A DNA stretch of 64,000 nt from a virus (IMGVR_UViG_3300020045_017904:1-64000), one strand, 5' to 3'; shown: positions 1 through 10,530, counted from the stretch's first letter. The notes: generated by a model from the sequence alone, not told the origin. Numbers and translations are program-made.

Positions 1-1
1 C

Positions 2-1607
2 AAAAATCTTTTTTTTGGCATGCCCCCTGTTGAAGCAGCCACTTTTGGAACTCCCTCATTATTATTAAACCAAGCAGCTGCAACCGAACTAATAAGTAAC
101 GGTGTCAATGGATATATTTTTGAAACGGAAGCAGAACTTTATAATCGACTCAGTCAACTATATCATCATCCGGAATTAAGGAAACGGCTCCAAGTAAATT
201 CCCGCCGGCTATCATCAAGATTTGACTGGAATAATACTGCCATACTCTATGCCAGAAAATTTCAGGAATTAATAAAGTCTAAATATCCTCTTGGTTTTTA
301 TAGATTTCTAATCATCATTTTCCTGGGAATTGGAATTCTGCTTCGATTTTTATCATTGTTTCACCACGATATTTGGTTTGACGAGGCAATTACATACTTT
401 TTAGCACAGCAACCGTTTGCAAAAATATTTTCACTGGCAGCAAGTGATAATCTGCCGCCGCTTTATTTGATTATTCAGCACATTTGGCAATCAGTCACAT
501 CTCACAATGAAATATTTATTCGACTTCCGGCATTCGTATTTTCTTCAATCGCTTTATTACTAATTTATCCTACTTTTAAACGATTAATTTCACCGAAAAT
601 TGCTTTGATTACATATATTTTATCTTCAGTTTCTCCACTATTAATTTATTTTGCAGGTGAAGCTCGAAACAGCAGTTTTTTTGTACTGCTTACGATATTA
701 TGTTTATTACAAACGCAATTCTTGATATCCAGACTATCATTTACCCGTTGGTTAATCTTATTAATCATTTGCACTTCGCTTTTTTACACACATTATTATG
801 CAATCCTTGTTATTTTATCGGTAGGCATATACATATTATTTCATTTTAATCGAACTATCTCGATTCGTTTAATATCGATTTATTTCATATCATTTGTTTT
901 ATTTATTCCTTGGCTGCTTTACACATATCAGTTTACTTCAGCAGTTCCTTATAGCTATCCACCGTTCAAAAACATAATTGCTACATATGCACAATTTATT
1001 CTTGGAGATATACGTCTGGGATTTTTTGCACCCGAAGTTTCACAAATTACTAAATTTTTATCAGTTATCAATATTAGTATCTGGACTGTGATAAGTTTTG
1101 TTTTTTTAAATACTTGAAAACAAAGAAACTACTTCAACTAAGTGTTATATTTCTTTTTTTACCATTAACATTGCTATTTGTTTTCTCTTTCTTTGGACCA
1201 TATTTTTCAATTCGTTCGACCGTATTTCTTTTACCATTTTTTATACTTTGTTAGCAATTGTAATTTCCCAAATTTCCGGTTCAACATTAAAATATTTATT
1301 TTTCATCGTACTGACTTTTTTACAAACACTAGTATTATTTATTGATCCTGCACTTCGAGGACCGCAAATTAAAAATATGGCTAAGGAAATACATTCCCTT
1401 AGAATTAAGACTATAATCCACGAGTCTCCTCTAACCTATTATTCGCTTCAATTTTATAGTGCAAGTGATGAAAAACATATTTTAACTGGTGATAATCCAT
1501 TACCTCAGTTCACGACAAATACAATTGGTGGATCTCAAACTCAGTTTACAGAAAAATCTCAACCGTTTGTGACAATAGCGAAGGATTTTAAATATAAAAT
1601 TTTCTGA
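2..1607 (+). CDS. 5'-truncated GT4 glycosyltransferase C-terminus fused to an ArnT/PMT-like (GT-C) membrane glycosyltransferase; broken by two T-tract frameshifts (~1100 and ~1240)
   Basis: FGMPPVEAATFGTP GT4 signature, then WFDE, PPLY, RLPA and EARN GT-C motifs with many TM helices. ORFs 20..1117 and 1248..1607 are bridged by a hydrophobic stretch in a third frame (FKYLKTKKLLQLSVIFLFLPL...). Confidence 0.75.
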
Positions 1608-1675
1608 AAAACTATTTGTAAATTGGAATATTAAACGTAAAAAATGAATATTTCAATAAGATTTAAAATTATTTA

Positions 1676-2380
1676 ATGAAAATTGGCATAGTAGTTGACC
1701 AGTTAGTACCAGGTGGCGTTCAAAAATCGGCAATCCGCGAAGCCCGTGAGCTAATAAAAGTGGGCCACCAAATAACTCTTTTGGTTCTAATCCGCAGGCC
1801 GTATGATTATCAATATGACGACCTGATAAAGAATTTAAAAGTTGTATATATTTCTGATTTTAATCCGCGTTTCTTTCGCCACCCGATTAGTATTCCATAC
1901 TTTGCTTTTTTAACTCATCTCCATTTTATTAATAGATTTTTTGTTCATTACTATACTTTTTTTAAGGATTTTGATTTTTTAATTAGTCACGGTACTACAA
2001 CGTGCATAACGGTTTCAAGCATCAGCAAGCATTTTCAGATTCCTTACCTGGCATTTATATGGGATCCCATGCTTTATATTTGGAATAAAGTGTATTCTAA
2101 AACTCCTCTACGATTTATATCACCATTAATAATTTACTTTATCAGGCGAACTGAAAGATCATTTCTTAATCAAGCAACATTTGTTGCCACACCTTCAAAA
2201 GTTCATCAGCGATTTATACAAGATTTTTACCATATCATCCCGAAAGTCATCTATCCTGGTTGTGATTTTCCTACCGCAAATGTTCCTAGCCACGGTTTAA
2301 ATATTTTGGGTTACACACGTTGGGAAATGGCAAAAAATCCTGAACTATTTATATATTTGGCTAAAAAAATGTTTATATAA
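1676..2380 (+). pseudogene. GT4 glycosyltransferase, truncated at the junction with phage DNA
   Basis: MKIGIV..PGGVQ N-terminus, VIYPG, R..xKN motif. It ends at 234 aa, before the E-x7-E motif. Confidence 0.75.
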
Positions 2381-3019
2381 AATTAATTGATTTATTTTGT
2401 TCTTATCTTTTTTTTGTTTATCACTCCAACTTGCTCTACTTGTTTTAAAATCAATAATTTTAAATGTTTCTGTTGGTTCATGGTATAAAACTAAATCTAA
2501 AAAGGCTTTATAAAAAGTATTTTTAAATTTTGGGTTTGGTACTAAAATTAATGGTATTTCACATCCCACTAACCACCAATCCCTTTTTGAAAAATATTTT
2601 AATCTATTTTTCTTTAAATATCTAATAATTTCAACTCCATCTTCATAATGTTCCCTTAAATCTGAAGAATTTGTGAAGTGGGTTTTATCATTTTTTTCAT
2701 ATTCTTTTTTATATGATTCCCCTATTTCATTTTCCAGCATCTCCTCTAAATCCATACAATCAGCATCAACACCACTTTTTTCAAACATTATTGTTAAGTA
2801 ATTTTGAAAAGTTTTATGAATTGCTTCTCCAAAAACAGTTGAAATTGATGAAGTAAAACGTTTATGTCTATCTCTATATTGTAATGCCCATCTATTATTA
2901 CAACCATTAAATAGGGAAAATTGACTATATGAAATGTATTTACTTGTTTCCCAATTTATTTCGGGGAATTTGTGGTTTTGGATTTTTTTTACCAGTGGTG
3001 GAATTTTTCTGTTTTTCAT
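2345..3019 (-). CDS. PD-(D/E)XK (RecB/Cas4-like) nuclease, probably C-terminally truncated at the junction
   Basis: ISYSQ..C, FGEAIH, E..FLDLV..IIDFKTS, QLILY motifs. Confidence 0.75.
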   Translation of the reverse strand: MKNRKIPPLVKKIQNHKFPEINWETSKYISYSQFSLFNGCNNRWALQYRDRHKRFTSSISTVFGEAIHKTFQNYLTIMFEKSGVDADCMDLEEMLENEIGESYKKEYEKNDKTHFTNSSDLREHYEDGVEIIRYLKKNRLKYFSKRDWWLVGCEIPLILVPNPKFKNTFYKAFLDLVLYHEPTETFKIIDFKTSRASWSDKQKKDKNKINQLILYKHFFSQIYK

Positions 3020-3227
3020 AATTCTTAATCAATTTTTCTGTTCCCCCTCCATCTGCTACTTTTATGTTTAATCCAAGTAATCTTATTATAAAACCCATTG
3101 AATAGGTGAGGTTTTTAAAATAAAAAAACCAATATCTACTTTTATAATAAGGAATATAAGTTAATGTAATCCTAAAATCAATTATTTCTTTTGATTTTGG
3201 TTTTGGATTTTTTGATTTTGGTTTCAT
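2940..3227 (-). CDS. hypothetical protein
   Basis: ORF overlapping both neighbours on the coding strand. Confidence 0.35.
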   Translation of the reverse strand: MKPKSKNPKPKSKEIIDFRITLTYIPYYKSRYWFFYFKNLTYSMGFIIRLLGLNIKVADGGGTEKLIKNYEKQKNSTTGKKNPKPQIPRNKLGNK

Positions 3228-3609
3228 TTATACCTAATTGTTGTATTATTTGATTTAAATTTTCTTCATTTAACAACTCCAAATAATCTTTAGCATTCTC
3301 TAATGAACATTCAAAATATTGGGAAACATAATTTAATTGTTTTTCATCTATTTTTTTAGCGTTTGATCTTATGTAACGTAAAAATTGTTGTTTTTTAGGT
3401 AATAAATTAATATATATTTTATATAACTTTTCTGGGTCTTGTATATTTAATTTTTGTATATCATTAACTAAACCAATATAACTTTGATTCATTGAAATAT
3501 ACCTATGAAGCAGGTAAGGCTGAATAGAGTTTTGTTCTTTTTCAGATAGTTTTTTCCAAGGTTTTTTAGTATATGTTATTGATTTTAAAACCTCAAAAAA
3601 AGGATCCAT
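3178..3609 (-). CDS. clamp loader small subunit (T4 gp62-like)
   Basis: PYLLHRYISM...LPKK.QFLRYI, YFECS pattern; next to the RFC gene. Confidence 0.7.
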   Translation of the reverse strand: MDPFFEVLKSITYTKKPWKKLSEKEQNSIQPYLLHRYISMNQSYIGLVNDIQKLNIQDPEKLYKIYINLLPKKQQFLRYIRSNAKKIDEKQLNYVSQYFECSLENAKDYLELLNEENLNQIIQQLGINETKIKKSKTKIKRNN

Positions 3610-3612
3610 TAT

Positions 3613-3894
3613 TTAAGGGGTATATTCAGAAATATAAAACCCTACATCTTCATATTCACTCCTCAATTCAGCAGGTATCATATCTAATAAGATTTTGTTG
3701 GTTTTGATGTTGTACATAACAGGAATAGGTATAAGAGGATCTGTATCCATTCCTAACAAGAATCTATTCCCTTTTCTAAGAATACTTCCTTCAGTTAGGA
3801 TTAATGGTTGGCCTGTTTCATCTAAAACTGGTTTAGTATCAGATAATTTAATTTTTGGTTGTACTACTGGTTTTTGTTGGTTGTTATTTTGCAT
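3613..3894 (-). CDS. conserved phage hypothetical protein (likely start MQNNNQQ at 3894)
   Basis: ORF between the clamp-loader genes; IPIPVMY motif. Confidence 0.5.
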   Translation of the reverse strand: MQNNNQQKPVVQPKIKLSDTKPVLDETGQPLILTEGSILRKGNRFLLGMDTDPLIPIPVMYNIKTNKILLDMIPAELRSEYEDVGFYISEYTP

Positions 3895-3905
3895 TTTGTG
3901 TTTTT

Positions 3906-4832
3906 TTATTTTAATATTTCTATAATTTGAGCCATGCAGGCACAAATGTTAATTTCCTTGTCTAATACAAAATTAGATTTGTATAAATATTCTTCCAAAC
4001 ATATAGTAATTAATCCTTCATTTCCTTTACTATACTTTTCTAAATTATTATAAAGATACTTATAAGTTTCTTCAAATGATTTTATGCCTGAATTTGTGAT
4101 TATTTGTCTTATGTTTTCCCAACATTTCCAATTTGGTAAACCTTTTAATTCAATTAATATTTTTTCAAAATAATCATTATCAGATAATATTTTAGATTTA
4201 TCAATTTTTAATGTTTTATTAATTGTGTATTTTTGAGTATTATTAATTATTCTCCTTATGTCAGGGTGAAATTTATTAATAATAAAAGCTAAATCCTCTA
4301 ATTCATATTTTATTTCTATTTCATCTAAAAAAGAAGAAATATGTTGAGCAATTAATTTTTTATTAGGTGGGGTTAAATCAAATTCTGTACATCTACTCCT
4401 TAAAGGATCTATTAATCTTTCTGGATAGTTACCTGTTAAAATGAATCTTGTTTTGAGGCTATAGGTTTCCATCATATTAAGAAGTAATACTTGAGAAGAT
4501 TGGAGAAGGTGGGTTGCTTCATCAAGTATCACTATTTTTAATGGTTTAAATGATGAAGCAGAAGCGAAAGCACCAATCTTTTCTCTTATTACATCCATTG
4601 ATCTTTCATCAGTAGCATTAATCATTAAATAATCACAATCAATATTTTTTACTATTAATTTAGCTAATGTAGTTTTACCACTACCAGCTCTACCAGCAAA
4701 AAGAGCATGGAAAGGTAAATCTTGTTTATCAATACATTCTTGAATTTTATTCCTAACTTCATCAGAACAAAGATAATTTTCTAAATTATCAGGACGAAGA
4801 ATTTCATTCCATAAAACAGGATGTTTTTTCAT
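3906..4832 (-). CDS. clamp loader large subunit / RFC AAA+ (T4 gp44-like)
   Basis: W.E..RP, GRAGSGKTT, ILDEA, LRSRC. Confidence 0.92.
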   Translation of the reverse strand: MKKHPVLWNEILRPDNLENYLCSDEVRNKIQECIDKQDLPFHALFAGRAGSGKTTLAKLIVKNIDCDYLMINATDERSMDVIREKIGAFASASSFKPLKIVILDEATHLLQSSQVLLLNMMETYSLKTRFILTGNYPERLIDPLRSRCTEFDLTPPNKKLIAQHISSFLDEIEIKYELEDLAFIINKFHPDIRRIINNTQKYTINKTLKIDKSKILSDNDYFEKILIELKGLPNWKCWENIRQIITNSGIKSFEETYKYLYNNLEKYSKGNEGLITICLEEYLYKSNFVLDKEINICACMAQIIEILK

Positions 4833-4903
4833 ATTAATTAATGTAAAATTTATTAATTTTATCTCTCCGTAATCTAATTATTTTTATCTCCATATCCAAG
4901 TGG

Positions 4904-6526
4904 TTACATGAATTGTGAATAATCTGGCTGTGTTATTTGAGATTCATTTGATTTATCTTCCTTCACATCTACTATTACACCTTCTGTTAGCATTACTGTT
5001 CCTCCAATAGACGCAGCATTTTCTAATGCAACTCTTGTAACTCGAGCAGGATCAATAATCCCTTGTTTTTTAAAATCAATCAATTTTTGAGTTTTAATAT
5101 CAAACCCTATCCATAAATTTTTATTTGATAATAATTGGTTTGAAATTTTATTTATTTGCCTTATTTCAAAACCAGCATTTTGTAATATTTTTTCAAAAGG
5201 AGCAAAGCAAGCATTTTGAATTATTTTACCACCGATTGTATTAGAATTTGAAATAGTTCCAGAAGCTCTCATAAGTGCAGACCCACCTCCAGGTATTATT
5301 CCTTCTTCAATAGCAGCTTTAACAGCATTTAAAGCATCGTCAACACGATCCTTTTTCTCTTTCATTTCAGTTTCTGTATTACCACCAACATGAACTATAC
5401 TTACACCACCAACAAATTTTGATAATCTTTCTTGTAATTTTTCTTTATCATATGGAGTAAGTGCTTTCTCTATTTGAGACTGAAGTTCAGTAATTCTGTT
5501 TTCAATTTTTATAGTTTCACCTTTTCCATCAATTATGGTTGTTTGGTCTTTAGTTACGGTAACTGAACGAGCATTACCAAACCAATCATCTTGAAATTGT
5601 TCAAATTTCATTCCTTTATCTGAACTAAATACTTCACCCCCTGTTAATACAGCCATATCTTCTAATATTAACTTTCTTCTATCCCCAAAATCTGGGGCTT
5701 TAACAGCAGCTACTTTTAATGTTCCTCTAAGTTTATTAACTATAAGAGTTGAAAGTGCTTCTCCATCAATATCTTCAGCAATTATTAACAAAGATTTATT
5801 ACTTTTGGCTACACCATCTAATATAGGAAGTAATTCTTTAATTGCCCCTAATTTTTTATCAACAATTAAAATTAATGGATTATCAAGTATACAACTCATT
5901 TCATTATTGTCTGTAACAAAAAAATGAGATTTATAACCTCTATCAAATTGCATTCCTTCTACTGTTTCAAGAAATGTTTCTCCTGTTCTTGATTCTTCAA
6001 TATGAACAACCCCTTCTCTACCAACTTTTTGCATTGCAGTAGAAATTAATTCTCCTATTTCAGGATCATTATTAGCAGAAATTGTAGCTATTTGCTTTAA
6101 TTGATCTTCTGATGTTATATCTTCTTTAAGATTTTTTAAAGATGAAACTACATCTTTAACAGCAATATCAATATCTCTTTTGATTTGAACAGCATTTTCA
6201 CTATTATTTAATGATTTTAAACCATTATTTATTATTGTTTGTGCTAACAAAGTAGAAGTAGTAGTTCCGTCTCCTGCTTTATCTGATGTTTTTAAGGATG
6301 CTTGTTTTATTAATTTAGCTCCTAAATCTTCAATAGGATCTTCTAATCCACTTATTTCCTTTGCAACACTTACTCCATCTTTCGTTGAAAGAATTTCACC
6401 ATTTTTTTCAAAAACCACATTTCTTCCTAATGGTCCTAAAGTTACGGTTATGGCATCAGCTACTTTATTAATTCCATTAATTAATTTTTCACGAGCTTCT
6501 ACTCCTGTTAATATTTGTTTATTCAT
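4904..6526 (-). CDS. groEL: chaperonin GroEL
   Basis: TLGP.GRNV, GDGTTT, EGMQFDRGY, PGGG; no GGM tail. Confidence 0.97.
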   Translation of the reverse strand: MNKQILTGVEAREKLINGINKVADAITVTLGPLGRNVVFEKNGEILSTKDGVSVAKEISGLEDPIEDLGAKLIKQASLKTSDKAGDGTTTSTLLAQTIINNGLKSLNNSENAVQIKRDIDIAVKDVVSSLKNLKEDITSEDQLKQIATISANNDPEIGELISTAMQKVGREGVVHIEESRTGETFLETVEGMQFDRGYKSHFFVTDNNEMSCILDNPLILIVDKKLGAIKELLPILDGVAKSNKSLLIIAEDIDGEALSTLIVNKLRGTLKVAAVKAPDFGDRRKLILEDMAVLTGGEVFSSDKGMKFEQFQDDWFGNARSVTVTKDQTTIIDGKGETIKIENRITELQSQIEKALTPYDKEKLQERLSKFVGGVSIVHVGGNTETEMKEKKDRVDDALNAVKAAIEEGIIPGGGSALMRASGTISNSNTIGGKIIQNACFAPFEKILQNAGFEIRQINKISNQLLSNKNLWIGFDIKTQKLIDFKKQGIIDPARVTRVALENAASIGGTVMLTEGVIVDVKEDKSNESQITQPDYSQFM

Positions 6527-6533
6527 GTTTTTC

Positions 6534-6827
6534 TTAATTTTCTAAAACTACTAATAAATCTTGTTCTTTGAATATTAAATATTCTTCACCTTCAATTACA
6601 ATTTTTTGCCCTCCAAATGAAGGATAACAAACTATATCTCCTTTTTCCACTACAGTTGGGATAAATCCTCCTGATAAAGTATAAGAACCAGGTCCTACAT
6701 CTATTACTTCTCCTTTTTTACCTAATTCTTTTCCCATATCAGGAACAACAATACTTCCATGTTTTGTTTCTCCTTCATCTACTTGTTTAATAACAACATT
6801 GTTATGTAATGTTTTTTTTATACTCAT
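6534..6827 (-). CDS. groES: co-chaperonin GroES
   Basis: GSIVVPD, GEVIDVGPG, GEEYLIFKEQDLL; upstream of groEL. Confidence 0.95.
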   Translation of the reverse strand: MSIKKTLHNNVVIKQVDEGETKHGSIVVPDMGKELGKKGEVIDVGPGSYTLSGGFIPTVVEKGDIVCYPSFGGQKIVIEGEEYLIFKEQDLLVVLEN

Positions 6828-7129
6828 ATTCCTAAATTTATTAGTGTTTTAATTTTGTTTTCAATTTCATAAAATACATCTAAATAAGAATCAATTGAAT
6901 CATAATTAACATTTTGGTTGGTTAATTCAATAGCAATTTTCTTTAAACAGCTTCCAAAACTTGAATAATGTCCTACTGGTTTAACATAGATAATGTTTTT
7001 TTTACTTAAATTATCAGGTGTTATACTAATATTAACAGTATAACAATGATCATCTTTTGTAATAAAATAAGGTTCAATTCTGGCGTCTCTAATAGTAGTG
7101 ATGTGGGATAATTTTAATTTGTTTCTCAT
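6824..7129 (-). CDS. hypothetical protein
   Basis: ORF coupled to groES by ATGA overlap. Confidence 0.55.
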   Translation of the reverse strand: MRNKLKLSHITTIRDARIEPYFITKDDHCYTVNISITPDNLSKKNIIYVKPVGHYSSFGSCLKKIAIELTNQNVNYDSIDSYLDVFYEIENKIKTLINLGI

Positions 7130-7167
7130 TCCGTATAATATAAGTATAAAATTTGGAAAATCCCCGT

Positions 7168-7914
7168 TTAAATATCTTTTGGAACAATAAAATATTCCGA
7201 TTCCATATTTGCACTTCCAAATGATAATTTTAAAATTCCTCCTTCACCAATTTCAATTAACCATAATGCTTGGTCTTTATTACAAGAAAGTATTTCTTTA
7301 AACAATTCAGAACTATATGAATGTTTTATTTCTTCATAAATTGAAGGATTATAAATTATATCTTCTATATTAAGGGATACTTTATTAGAATATTCATCAT
7401 TTTCTCCAAACAAAATTTCTAATTTATATCCATCTACTATGTTTTGGATAGTTTGAAGAGTTACAGTTTCATTATTTGATAATGAATTTTTTGCTTTTAT
7501 TATTGAATTTATAATATCTTCGTTTAAAGAAGCTTGAACTAAAAATTCATCTCCTCCTTTGTATTCACCTGATTTTGGGATAATCATTATATCAGCTAAA
7601 GTGTATTCTAAAGTAAATACCTTATCAGATATAATCAATTTTGTAAAAATTTTATTTTGGGATTGGTATTGAAGATTTAATTCTTCATTAGTTATTTTTA
7701 ATAAATTATTTAATTGGGTTGTATTACTTATGCCAATTATAGATTCAGGTAAAAAATCAAAATTATGATAAATAACCTTACCAAGCATTTCTTTGGTTGG
7801 TGAAGTAAATTTAATAGTAAGAGTATTATCTTTAATTTCTATTTTAACAGACTCTATAAGTCCAGACAAATAATATTTAGAAATTAAAGATTGTAAATCA
7901 GTTTTATTAATCAT
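7168..7914 (-). CDS. sliding clamp (T4 gp45/PCNA-like)
   Basis: 248 aa, beta-rich, PCNA-like C-terminus (GILKLSF..SEYFIVP); near the clamp loader genes. Confidence 0.7.
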   Translation of the reverse strand: MINKTDLQSLISKYYLSGLIESVKIEIKDNTLTIKFTSPTKEMLGKVIYHNFDFLPESIIGISNTTQLNNLLKITNEELNLQYQSQNKIFTKLIISDKVFTLEYTLADIMIIPKSGEYKGGDEFLVQASLNEDIINSIIKAKNSLSNNETVTLQTIQNIVDGYKLEILFGENDEYSNKVSLNIEDIIYNPSIYEEIKHSYSSELFKEILSCNKDQALWLIEIGEGGILKLSFGSANMESEYFIVPKDI

Positions 7915-7957
7915 TTAATAAAATATAAATAGAATAATTTAATAAATCAAGTTTATT

Positions 7958-8356
7958 TTAATTATTTCCTTCATATTTTTCTTTCAATCTTTTAAATAAA
8001 TCTAATTCTATTTTTTCTTTTTTTTCTTCTTCAATTTTTGATTTATTAATATCATCTTGGATTTTTTTATTAAGTATATTATTTTTTAATTTTTCAACAA
8101 CATATCTTAAATCATTATCACTTAATGTTAAATAATTTAATGGAAATTTGAATGATGTTGAATCGTAACATCCTCTACAAGAATCATCACAAGTTACATG
8201 GACTGTTTCATCATAAAAATTTATATCTTCTATTCCTTTTGCAGTATTAAACATACTGGGGTAAATTTCTTCTAATATTTTAATTTTTTCTTTTGCCAGA
8301 GAAATAATTTCCTCATAATCCTTTAATGTTGATTTAATTTGTTTTAAATTTTTCAT
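7958..8356 (-). CDS. hypothetical protein
   Basis: ORF with coiled-coil C-terminus. Confidence 0.5.
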   Translation of the reverse strand: MKNLKQIKSTLKDYEEIISLAKEKIKILEEIYPSMFNTAKGIEDINFYDETVHVTCDDSCRGCYDSTSFKFPLNYLTLSDNDLRYVVEKLKNNILNKKIQDDINKSKIEEEKKEKIELDLFKRLKEKYEGNN

Positions 8357-9108
8357 TCTTTTATAGTTGGTTTTAAAAATAATCTATTTCCAAATAATCT
8401 TTCCAAAAGGTTTGGTTCAGGAAAAAAATCTTCTATATTAGTTAATGTTCTTATAGTTCCTACTGTGTTTTTTTCAAAACATTTAAATAATTCTTCCCTT
8501 ATTCTTTCAATAGAAACAACAGTAAATAATTTTTCCCAATTTTCAATATTTTCCAATGCTTCCCAAACTCTAATCTTTATGCCCATATCTTTCACAATCA
8601 TGAAACGAATAGCTCTTAACATCCTCAAAGGATCATCATTAAATGTAATAGAAGGATCAAGAGGAGTATCAATTATCCTATTTTTTATTGCTTCTTGACC
8701 ATTAAATGGATCAATTAAATTCCCATCAATATCTTTTGCAATAGCATTCATTGTAAAATCTCTCCTTTGCAAATCATCAAATAAAGTTCCAACCTCTAAT
8801 TTAGGAAGACGAGTTCCTTCGTAATAACCAACTTCTTTACGAGCCATCACAAAATCAGCAACCAAACCATCAAATTTATGATTTTTTGGAAATTTTGCTC
8901 TGATTGTAAAACAATCGGGAGTTGATAAGAAAATAGTATAACCTTCTAAGGTTAAATATTGAGTCATTTCATAAAATCCTTGTTCAACAGAAATTGAAGT
9001 ATCAGGTAAAACAAAAGTAAAATCAATATCTTTGGATTTTAATCCTAAAATTTCATCTCGAACACACCCCCCCACTTCAAAAATTTCATAACCTTTCTTT
9101 TCTTTCAT
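8353..9108 (-). CDS. cca: tRNA nucleotidyltransferase (CCA-adding enzyme / poly(A) polymerase family), no HD domain
   Basis: VGGCVRD, DIDF, DLQRRDFTMNAIA, DDPLRMLRAIRF, SIERIREEL; likely start MKEKK just after the promoter. Confidence 0.88.
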   Translation of the reverse strand: MKEKKGYEIFEVGGCVRDEILGLKSKDIDFTFVLPDTSISVEQGFYEMTQYLTLEGYTIFLSTPDCFTIRAKFPKNHKFDGLVADFVMARKEVGYYEGTRLPKLEVGTLFDDLQRRDFTMNAIAKDIDGNLIDPFNGQEAIKNRIIDTPLDPSITFNDDPLRMLRAIRFMIVKDMGIKIRVWEALENIENWEKLFTVVSIERIREELFKCFEKNTVGTIRTLTNIEDFFPEPNLLERLFGNRLFLKPTIKE

Positions 9109-9143
9109 GTCGTGAATATACAACCAATTATTTAAATATCCAA
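9109..9143 (-). promoter_or_regulatory. host-type (Bacteroidota sigma70-like) promoter
   Basis: TTGG-N19-TATATTCA, 4 nt before the ATG. Confidence 0.6.
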
Positions 9144-9311
9144 CACCAATTTTAATTTTCTATAATCAGGATTACATTCTTTACAACACCAATTATCCCA
9201 AAATTTAGGATTTTTGTTGTATTCAAACTCTTCAATACTCCAACAAAGAGCTATTCCACAATCATTACAAATAGGTTGAATTTCACCAAATTCTTTTTTA
9301 ATTACCCCCAT
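9132..9311 (-). CDS. 59-aa zinc-ribbon-like protein (not in ORF track)
   Basis: MGVIKKEFGEIQPICNDCG...WCCKECNPDY: two CxxC pairs. Confidence 0.55.
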   Translation of the reverse strand: MGVIKKEFGEIQPICNDCGIALCWSIEEFEYNKNPKFWDNWCCKECNPDYRKLKLVLDI

Positions 9312-9504
9312 TTATATCTAACATTTGTTGTTGAAATTCTTTTTCAATTATTTTTTCTTTTGTTTTTTGTTTTTCTTTCTTATGATAACCAATATCAAAA
9401 TTATGTCTGTTCCATAATTTGTAAATATTTAATGGGATTTTAGATAAAGAAATTAATCCATTTCTAAATTTACCTTCTATTTTGTGTTTGGTTGTGTTTG
9501 ACAT
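9298..9504 (-). CDS. hypothetical protein
   Basis: ORF in tight operon. Confidence 0.45.
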   Translation of the reverse strand: MSNTTKHKIEGKFRNGLISLSKIPLNIYKLWNRHNFDIGYHKKEKQKTKEKIIEKEFQQQMLDINGGN

Positions 9505-9701
9505 TAAATACCCAATTTTTGTTGAATAGGTTCTTTTACATAATAATTCCTAAATCTTTCAATTTCCTCAATAGACAAATCATTCCCTTTCCAATCTAAA
9601 ATCCCCAATTCTTTATCAATTTCCCATTGTCTTTCAGAGGTTAACCTAAAATAATTTTTAGGTCTTTGGAATGACTTTTCAAACATTTCTTTTTCATTCA
9701 T
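9504..9701 (-). CDS. hypothetical protein
   Basis: ORF; QWEIDKELGILDW. Confidence 0.5.
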   Translation of the reverse strand: MNEKEMFEKSFQRPKNYFRLTSERQWEIDKELGILDWKGNDLSIEEIERFRNYYVKEPIQQKLGI

Positions 9702-9887
9702 AATTTCTTATTTTATTAATTTACGAAGTCTTTTTTTAAGTTTTCTTGGCATAAGTTTTGAACCTTCAAATAATACTTCAAAACTAGTATAACCATCTTG
9801 ATACTCCACAAGTACAGCTTTATTATTAAATAAAGTTACTGCTTTTATAAATGGAAATAAATTTAAGTTTATATATCTCATAATTTT

Positions 9888-10160
9888 TTAATTTAAATCT
9901 TTTTTAAGAATATAAATATCCGTTTCAAAATAATTCCTAAATATATTATCTCCAAATATTTCCATAAATTCATGACATTGGAATCTTGTATAACCCTCTA
10001 TATTAGTACAATCATTATATCTATCTTCGAAAGAATAATTATCTATGAATTTGGCATATTTATCGAAATCCATTTTCCAAAATGCTTTTCCTTTTTCAGT
10101 TAATTTAATATAAACATAACTATTAATATTAAATTTTACAAAATTTTGATTATTTTCCAT
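9888..10160 (-). CDS. conserved phage hypothetical protein
   Basis: FNINSYVYIKLTEKG...GYTRFQCHEFMEIFG. Confidence 0.55.
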   Translation of the reverse strand: MENNQNFVKFNINSYVYIKLTEKGKAFWKMDFDKYAKFIDNYSFEDRYNDCTNIEGYTRFQCHEFMEIFGDNIFRNYFETDIYILKKDLN

Positions 10161-10530
10161 AACTTTTTAATTTTTCTCTTGTTTCTTCAACTGTTAGAAT
10201 TTTAAATTGATTTATAGAATGTACCATTTGTTCTTCATATTGAGTGAAAAATGGTAAAAATATAACTTGTCCACCTTTTTCAAACATCCAATCCATCTCT
10301 TTAGCTATTCCAGCACCTATACTATTATCCCCAAATCCAAAAGCATATAATTTATCACAAGATTGAACTAATTTTTTAAAATAATCCATCCCTTCTAATT
10401 TATAACCTTTTTGATGTTCTTTAGAATTAGGGTTTATAATTTCACCACCACTTCCCGAAAATGCCTCTAACCAGAATTTTTCTAATATTGTGTTATAAGT
10501 ATTTATCGGATGTGCGAAATATATTTTCAT
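10150..10530 (-). CDS. nucleoside 2-deoxyribosyltransferase-like (NDT/Rcl fold) protein
   Basis: KIYFAHP...INP...CD.L...GAG..KE pattern. Confidence 0.6.
   Translation of the reverse strand: MKIYFAHPINTYNTILEKFWLEAFSGSGGEIINPNSKEHQKGYKLEGMDYFKKLVQSCDKLYAFGFGDNSIGAGIAKEMDWMFEKGGQVIFLPFFTQYEEQMVHSINQFKILTVEETREKLKSYGK

Noticed and set aside
2345-2380. Prophage attL site
   Set aside because: No integrase or tRNA nearby, a phage gene is cut, and the gene content is that of a lytic T4-like phage.
2345-3019. Cas4 as part of a CRISPR system
   Set aside because: Solo PD-(D/E)XK nucleases are common in phage replication modules, and no cas genes or array are present.
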